Positions 16,113 to 22,100 of a stretch of DNA of 22,100 bases are shown piece by piece; position 1 is the first letter of the stretch, and each line of letters starts with the position of its first letter. The DNA lies in contig JAQBGU010000108.1 in assembly GCA_032128375.1 (NCBI GenBank), positions 1 through 22,100 on the forward strand, read 5' to 3'. Position numbers and translations under genes: made by a program. Under the pieces are notes generated by a model. It saw nothing but the letters and a program-made list of their open reading frames with translations. It was not told where the DNA came from and did not search any database. Source of the DNA: Deltaproteobacteria bacterium (GTDB taxonomy: Bacteria; Myxococcota_A; UBA9160; SMWR01).

Positions 16113-18752
16113 TCAGCTCCCCGCGATCAGCGCCTCGAGTCGATCGAACGCTGCTTCGAGCTGGCTGGGATCGCTGCCGCCCGCTTGCGCGAAGTCCGGA
16201 CGCCCGCCACCCTTGCCGCCGACGATTTGGGCGACCTCTCGAATCAAGTCACCGGCCCCGAAGCGAGCGGTCAGATCCTGGGTCACACCCAATGCCAGCG
16301 ACACGCGTCCCTCAGCTTCGACGGCGAGCAGTACGACGCCGCTTCGCAGCTGGTCGCGCAATTGGTCGACCATTCCGCGCAGTTCTTTCGCCGCGACACC
16401 GTCGATTCGGGACGCGATGACTTTGATGCCTGCGATCTCCTTGGCGGTACCGCTCAGGTCCTTCGAAGCTTCTCCGCGTTGTTCGGCGCGCAGCCGATCG
16501 ATCTCCCGTTCGGCGCTGCGACGTTCATCGAGCAGTTTTTCGACTCGAGTCGAAACCTCTGAAACCGGGCTCTTCAGCAGATCCGCAACCTGACGCAGCG
16601 CGCGCTCCTGGCGACGTAGGTGGCCGAGCGCGACGAGCCCTGTGAGCGCTTCGATCCGGCGCACGCCCGAGGCAATACCGGTTTCTGAAACGATCTTCAG
16701 CAACCCGATATCGCCGGAAGCGCGCGCGTGCGTCCCGCCACACAGCTCGGTCGAGAAATCACCGAACTGCACCACACGCACCTGATCGCCGTACTTCTCT
16801 TCGAAGATCGCGACCGCGCCCGACTCGATCGCTTCGGGATATGACATTTCGCGTGTGGACCCCCCGACATTTCGTTCGATCCAGTCGTTGACGATGTCCT
16901 CGATGGATTCGATCTCGTCGTCGGATAATGGAGAGTCGTGGGTGAAGTCGAAGCGCAGCCGATCGGGACCGACCAGCGAGCCCTTCTGCATGGCCTGGGG
17001 TCCCAGCACGCTTCGCAGTGCAGCGTGTAAAAGGTGGGTACCTGAATGGTTGCGAACCGTCGCAGCACGGGCGCCAGCGTCGACCTCGAGTTCGACGCGA
17101 GAATCGACATGGACTTCGCCATCGAGGACGTGCCCACGGTGCACCACCAATTGGCCCGAGGGTCGCTGTGTATCTCGGATTTCGATCGTACCTGTCGCGC
17201 AGCGCAACAGGCCCCGGTCGCCAAGCTGACCACCGCTTTCGGCGTAAAAAGGCGTCCGGTCAACCACCACTTCGACTTGCTCTCCGCGGGCTGCCGCGTC
17301 GCGACTCTCGCCATCAACGAGCAGCGCACGCAGCGTCGATTCGGCGTACACCGCTTCGTATCCGCAAAACTCCGTGGCGAGATCTGTGGACAGCTCGCCG
17401 TATATCGCTTCAACACGCGCGTCACCCGATCCCTTCCAGGCGGCGCGTGCGCGCTCGCGTTGCGCGCCCATCGCAGAGTCGAAGCCACCTTGATCGAGTT
17501 CGAACCCCTGACCCCGCAGAATGTCGGCGGTTAGATCGAATGGGAAACCGAAGGTGTCATAGAGTTTGAAAGCGGAGTCGCCGGGCAGAACACTCTCACC
17601 CTCGGACTTCAAGTTGTCGATCTCCGACTCCAGGAGCGCAAGTCCCTTCGACAGCGTCTCGAGAAATCTCTCCTCGTCACGCTGAATCCGTCCTGCGATA
17701 TAGGCGCGGCGCTCGGTCAGTTCCGGATACGCGCCCGACATTTCGTCGATCACCGCATCGGCGACTCGGTAGAGAAACGGTCGCTCCATCCCGAGCAGCA
17801 CGCCGTGCCGAGCAGCGCGGCGCAAGATACGCCGCAGAACGTACCCCCGCCCATCGTTGGACGGCAGAATCCCATCGCCAATCAAGAACACCAACGCGCG
17901 TGCGTGATCCGCGATCACGTTCATCGAGATGTCCTTTTCGGGGTCGGCGCCTCGGACGACGCCCGAGAGTTCTTGGACGCGCTCGAGGATGCCGGTGAAC
18001 AGATCCGTGTCGTAGTTGGAATCGACACCCTGGAGAATGGCCGAAACGCGCTCGAGGCCGGCACCCGTATCGATCGACGGCTCTGGCAGCTGCGTCTGGT
18101 TGCCGGACGCGTCGCGATTGAACTGCATGAACACCAGATTCCAGATCTCGAGCCAACGACCGCAGTCGCACGACGGATCGCACACTGGGCTCTTGCAGTT
18201 CCGGTTGATGCCGAAATCGATGTGGATCTCTGAACACGGACCGCACGGACCGGTATCTCCCATCGACCAGAAATTGTCGGCTTCGTCGAGACGGATGACT
18301 CTCTCCGATGCCAGGCCGATGCCGTCGCGCCACAGATCGTGGGCTTCGTCATCTTCGCGAAACACCGTGACGTAGAGCCGAGCGGGGTCGATTTCAAAGG
18401 CCTCAGTCAGCAGCTGCCACGCCATCTCGATGGCTTCGCGTTTGAAGTAGTCACCAAACGAGAAATTTCCCAGCATCTCAAAGAAAGTGTGGTGCCCAGC
18501 CGTTCGGCCGACGTTGTCGAGGTCGTTGTGCTTGCCCGATACCCGCATGCACTTCTGCGACGTTGCCGCGCGCTGGTAGCCGCGGCTTTCGAGCCCCAGG
18601 AATGTGCTCTTGAATTGCACCATCCCGGCGTTGGTGAACAACAGGGTCGGATCCCCCTCCGGAACCAGTGATCCGCTCGAGACGATCTTGTGTCCCCTGG
18701 CTTCAAAAAAGCGCAGAAACGTCTCTCGGATCTCCCCAGCGCTCAGCGCCAT
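16113..18752 (-). CDS. alaS: Alanine--tRNA ligase
   Basis: DPTLLFTNAGM, HHTFFEMLGNFSFGDYFK, GPCSEI, DTGAGLER, editing motifs HSGTH and ELCGGTH, C-terminal GGKGGGRPDFAQAGG. Confidence 0.99.
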   Translation of the reverse strand: MALSAGEIRETFLRFFEARGHKIVSSGSLVPEGDPTLLFTNAGMVQFKSTFLGLESRGYQRAATSQKCMRVSGKHNDLDNVGRTAGHHTFFEMLGNFSFGDYFKREAIEMAWQLLTEAFEIDPARLYVTVFREDDEAHDLWRDGIGLASERVIRLDEADNFWSMGDTGPCGPCSEIHIDFGINRNCKSPVCDPSCDCGRWLEIWNLVFMQFNRDASGNQTQLPEPSIDTGAGLERVSAILQGVDSNYDTDLFTGILERVQELSGVVRGADPEKDISMNVIADHARALVFLIGDGILPSNDGRGYVLRRILRRAARHGVLLGMERPFLYRVADAVIDEMSGAYPELTERRAYIAGRIQRDEERFLETLSKGLALLESEIDNLKSEGESVLPGDSAFKLYDTFGFPFDLTADILRGQGFELDQGGFDSAMGAQRERARAAWKGSGDARVEAIYGELSTDLATEFCGYEAVYAESTLRALLVDGESRDAAARGEQVEVVVDRTPFYAESGGQLGDRGLLRCATGTIEIRDTQRPSGQLVVHRGHVLDGEVHVDSRVELEVDAGARAATVRNHSGTHLLHAALRSVLGPQAMQKGSLVGPDRLRFDFTHDSPLSDDEIESIEDIVNDWIERNVGGSTREMSYPEAIESGAVAIFEEKYGDQVRVVQFGDFSTELCGGTHARASGDIGLLKIVSETGIASGVRRIEALTGLVALGHLRRQERALRQVADLLKSPVSEVSTRVEKLLDERRSAEREIDRLRAEQRGEASKDLSGTAKEIAGIKVIASRIDGVAAKELRGMVDQLRDQLRSGVVLLAVEAEGRVSLALGVTQDLTARFGAGDLIREVAQIVGGKGGGRPDFAQAGGSDPSQLEAAFDRLEALIAGS

Positions 18753-18753
18753 G

Positions 18754-18796
18754 AACCCTCCAACCCTCCGGTATCGCGGAGGAAAACTGCACTATA
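18754..18796 (-). promoter_or_regulatory. alaS -10 element, leader hairpin and duplicated SD
   Basis: TATAGT (18796-18791); hairpin CCTCCG/CGGAGG (18782-18765); GGAGGGTT twice (18769-18754). No clear -35. Confidence 0.45.
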
Positions 18797-19014
18797 GCGC
18801 CCAGCCACAGCCAGGTCTGCCCAAGCCAGTATTCCACGAGTGATGCCAAGACCCAGAATCCGGCTGAAAAACACCCAGCCGTGGCTGGTCGTCTCGCGGA
18901 CAGCGCGGGGCGAGCCATCATCGATCAAGTGGGTCAAGCGAACCGAATCGCAATCGCTCAGATTCTGCTGCGACCCGGAAGGATCTATCGCTCGCGATTG
19001 CGTCCTGGACTCAG

Positions 19015-19040
19015 AACAAACCAAACGGGTCGCAAGACCC
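19015..19040 (-). terminator. Candidate intrinsic terminator downstream of pilT
   Basis: Minus strand GGGTC-TTGC-GACCC followed by GTTTGGTTTGTT. Confidence 0.45.
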
Positions 19041-19111
19041 ACCGCCCGCTGTAGCTCGCGTGCGGGTAGGACCCAACCGAAACGGCTCCATCAGACCAAG
19101 GTCGGCTTGGG

Positions 19112-20302
19112 CTAGAACCTCTGGATGAAGTCGTCATCCACTTCTTGGCCGGATGCGGTCTCAGTCTTGGTCTCTTCGGAGACCGGCTTGGCTTCTTCTT
19201 TCTCGAAATCGTCCCAGGTGCCATCCGAGGTCGAAGCGATACCCCGGAAACGCAATGCGAAGTCGTCCGGATTCGAGACGTGCTTCAGAGCCTCGTCGTA
19301 GGTGACCAGTTCCTGTTTGACCAGCTGCATCAGCGACTGGTCAAACGTCTGCATCCCGTAGGTCGTGAAGCCCTTCGAGATCGCGTCGCTCAGTTCCTTG
19401 GTCCGTTCCTTGTCGGCGATGCACTCGCGAACACGGGCGGTGGAGATCAGCACTTCCAGCGCGGGTACGCGCCCCTTGCCGTCCGCCCGCGGAACCAGGC
19501 GCTGAGAGACCACGGCCTTCAAAATCGACGACAGCTGCAGCCGAACTTGCTTTTGCTGGTACGGGGGAAAGACCGAGATGATCCGGTTGATGGTCTCGGT
19601 AGCATCCAGCGTGTGCAGGGTGCTCATGACCAGGTGGCCAGTCTCGGCGGCGGTCAACGCAGTCTCGATCGTCTCGAAATCGCGCATCTCTCCAACGAGA
19701 ATCACATCTGGATCCTGCCGCAGCGCTGCTCGTAGAGCGTTAGAGAAGCTCTGTGTGTCGACCCCGATTTCACGCTGGTTGACGATCGATCGGCGGTCAC
19801 GAATCAAGAAATCGATCGGATCCTCGATCGTCATGATGTGGCATGTTCGATTCGAGTTGATGTAGTCGATCATTCCCGCCAGCGTCGTCGACTTGCCCGA
19901 ACCCGTGGTTCCCGTGACAAGCACCAGACCGCGCTGCTCCATCGCAACCCGCTCGATGATTTTCGGCAAGTGCAGGTGTTCGATCGATTTCACACCAAAT
20001 GGGATGACGCGAAACACGATACCGACAGTTCCGCGCTGTTGGAATACGTTGACACGGAACCGCCCCAAGCCGGGAATGCCGTAGGCGAGGTCGACTTCGC
20101 GAGTGTCGTCGAACCCCTGTTTCTGCATCGGATTCATAATCGAGTAAGCCATCTTGGTGAGGTCTTCCGGTCCCAGTCTCTCGCCGTTCTTGAGCGGCAC
20201 CAGCGCCCCATCGACGCGAAACATCGGCGGCAGGCCCGGCTTCAGATGGATATCCGAGGCGCCCCCCTTGAGCGCAATTTTCAAGATGTCGTTCAGCTCC
20301 AC
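19112..20302 (-). CDS. pilT: PilT/PilU-family type IV pilus retraction ATPase paralog
   Basis: GASDIHL, RFRVNVF, Walker A GTTGSGKS, TIEDPI, ALRQDPDVILVGEMRD, GHLVMSTLH, GMQTFDQ. GTG start with SD GGGGAG. Confidence 0.95.
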   Translation of the reverse strand: MELNDILKIALKGGASDIHLKPGLPPMFRVDGALVPLKNGERLGPEDLTKMAYSIMNPMQKQGFDDTREVDLAYGIPGLGRFRVNVFQQRGTVGIVFRVIPFGVKSIEHLHLPKIIERVAMEQRGLVLVTGTTGSGKSTTLAGMIDYINSNRTCHIMTIEDPIDFLIRDRRSIVNQREIGVDTQSFSNALRAALRQDPDVILVGEMRDFETIETALTAAETGHLVMSTLHTLDATETINRIISVFPPYQQKQVRLQLSSILKAVVSQRLVPRADGKGRVPALEVLISTARVRECIADKERTKELSDAISKGFTTYGMQTFDQSLMQLVKQELVTYDEALKHVSNPDDFALRFRGIASTSDGTWDDFEKEEAKPVSEETKTETASGQEVDDDFIQRF

Positions 20303-20509
20303 GCAGGCTCCCCCTGAGACCGGCGTACCGGTCGCTACGGCGGTCTAATCGTCCTGTTCCGACCGAGCCTTGAGCGCGAGTCCAATCGGCCGGTCGGGTT
20401 CATCCGCAATCGGCTCGACCTGTCTACTCAGGTTGATGCCGGATTTGGTCGAAATGTCTTTCGCCGGGTAAATCCCGAGTCTTCCCCGGAAAACGCGAGG
20501 AAAATGCGC

Positions 20510-22099
20510 ATGGCTGCAAAGACGGATGGTCGCGTCCCGAATAGGGGCCGAGCAAAGCCTATCGGAGCCAGCCGCTTGGCCCTCGTTGGCCTCACAGCCG
20601 CGCTGTTGGTGCAAACTTCTTGTGTGGTGCTACCGGTCCGATTCGCGTCCGGGGTCAACGGGCGAGTCGTCGACCGTGCAACGGGCGAGCCACTGGCGGA
20701 CGCACTGGTGGTGGTCCGATTCGAGGGACACTACGACGATGTGCTGCCGGACCGCGCGCTGTTGGGGCACCGCGAGGGACGGACCGATGCCTCGGGTCGT
20801 TTCTCGATCGGTGCATTGGTTCGGCCGGGCCTTTCGGTGTGGCCGGCGTACCAGACGGAGGCGCGCGTCATCGCCGTCATCAGGGACGGGTATCAGTGCG
20901 CGCGGCCCAGCGATCTGCATTCACCAAGAGATTCATCGACGAATTCATCCGGAGAGATTCGGATCGGCCTGAACGCTTCTCTCGACAGATATGCACGGCG
21001 TCAGACCTGTCGACCTGTTCCGGCGGCAAAGGGGGAAGCCGTTGAATACATGGCTGCATGGCGTGCTCTGTTTCCGGACCCAGATTCTGGACAAAGCGCT
21101 GACCGTGCGGAAATCAACCGCGTACTGGCTGCGCGATCCGCGTTCGGATTCGGCCGGAACTGCCGCGGACCCGTCCTCGATCTCGCGCTCGCGCCAGACG
21201 GCCGGCGCGCGGCATTCGTTGTTGCGCGTGATGCCAATGCGATGGTCCAAATCCTCGAGCTTCAGGGCAGCCGCACGGCAACTACCGTTGCACAAATGCA
21301 ATCGGCGCTCCGCCGCTTGGCGTGGACCAGGCTCGGCGATCTCGTGTTGTGGGATCCCGCGCCGAAATCGCAGCAGCCGACCCCGCTATCTGGCTTTTCG
21401 ACGAATCGGTTCGAGCAGATCTGGCCCGTCGCCGGTCCAGCCCGATCGGCAACCGACGCAGAGTCCTCATCCCCCATCGACCCGATGAACTGGACTGACG
21501 AAGATGATGCACGCTGGTTGGGTCGCTCTTTCATTTTGAACCAGCTCCCCGATCCCCAAACCGGACTACCCAGCGATGAATTGCGCATACATCGAGATGA
21601 CGGATCGATCTATACCTTGTCGCTACCGGGTGAACCGTGCGGGACACCGGGTCGGTTCGGGCGCCCCCACTACCGAATTGCCGCCGATGGCAGGTCGAGC
21701 CTCGATCTGCGCTTCGTCGAAGGGGGTTGCCACGTCGTGCGGACCGACCTCGAAAACGGAAACTGGGCCACCATCGACGACGTCGATGAACCCGGCGTCT
21801 GCAGTGCGTCTCGCCGGGTTCCAGCGACTCACTTTTCTGTGGCGCTTCGCGGCTACGTTCGCGAAGTCGAATCGATTGCGGCCAGTTCAGGTGCCGACCC
21901 ATCTGCCGCCTACGCGCTTCGAATCGAGCCCGGCGGCCGCACGCAGTTGGACTCGCGAAATTTCGAGGGCGAGATATTCACCATCGATATTCCGGCTTTT
22001 CCACTCACGACACCGCTTCGGCGAATCGAAGTATCAATTCTGGGTTCAGTACCTCACGTCCACAGCACGAGCAACCCGCGGGCCCTCGAGCCGCTCTAG
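20510..22099 (+). CDS. Hypothetical exported protein / putative lipoprotein with an N-terminal carboxypeptidase-regulatory-like beta-sandwich
   Basis: About 530-codon ORF; basic N-region plus hydrophobic LALVGLTAALLVQTSC; VNGRVVDRATGEPLADALVVV...RTDASGRFSI; LALAPDGRRAAFV blade-like motif. GAGG 9 nt before ATG 20510 (alternative start 20504). Confidence 0.75.
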   Translation: MAAKTDGRVPNRGRAKPIGASRLALVGLTAALLVQTSCVVLPVRFASGVNGRVVDRATGEPLADALVVVRFEGHYDDVLPDRALLGHREGRTDASGRFSIGALVRPGLSVWPAYQTEARVIAVIRDGYQCARPSDLHSPRDSSTNSSGEIRIGLNASLDRYARRQTCRPVPAAKGEAVEYMAAWRALFPDPDSGQSADRAEINRVLAARSAFGFGRNCRGPVLDLALAPDGRRAAFVVARDANAMVQILELQGSRTATTVAQMQSALRRLAWTRLGDLVLWDPAPKSQQPTPLSGFSTNRFEQIWPVAGPARSATDAESSSPIDPMNWTDEDDARWLGRSFILNQLPDPQTGLPSDELRIHRDDGSIYTLSLPGEPCGTPGRFGRPHYRIAADGRSSLDLRFVEGGCHVVRTDLENGNWATIDDVDEPGVCSASRRVPATHFSVALRGYVREVESIAASSGADPSAAYALRIEPGGRTQLDSRNFEGEIFTIDIPAFPLTTPLRRIEVSILGSVPHVHSTSNPRALEPL

Positions 22100-22100
22100 C

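Noticed and set aside
18495..18497. AlaRS TAGHHT instead of TARHHT as a loss-of-function sign
   Set aside because: This position varies among AlaRS homologs, and all other catalytic and editing motifs are intact.
18797..19111. SRP RNA, T-box or c-di-GMP-I riboswitch; short ORFs in the gap
   Set aside because: CCGGAAGG lacks the flanking CAGG and AGCAG of SRP; no T-box consensus; GEMM-like words lack the P2 stem and lie antisense to alaS; the ORFs show no protein-like features.

Overview
GC-rich, mostly housekeeping bacterial chromosomal segment. The PilT paralog, DUF1844 and the bamD-TPR pair suggest a Myxococcota/deltaproteobacterial origin (inference). From left to right: a truncated 25-bp tandem repeat; a minus-strand run transcribed as small hypothetical > CDP-alcohol phosphatidyltransferase > DUF1844 > ispE > prs > rplY > pth > nhaA > MocR/PdxR-like regulator > pdxS > pdxT; divergent bamD plus a TPR protein; a COG1233 FAD oxidoreductase divergent from cvpA; pilT-like > alaS > long three-domain ispG on the minus strand; and an uncharacterised secreted or lipoprotein at the right end. 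I see no mobile element, CRISPR array, tRNA/rRNA gene or defence system, and I cannot support a wholly new multi-gene system. The best leads are a co-directional, apparently leaderless and autoregulated pdxR-pdxST module, the 25-bp repeat array, a PilT paralog with an Asp-box E>D change, the three-domain IspG, the unknown Cys-paired lipoprotein divergent from pilT, and a high density of CGATCG.
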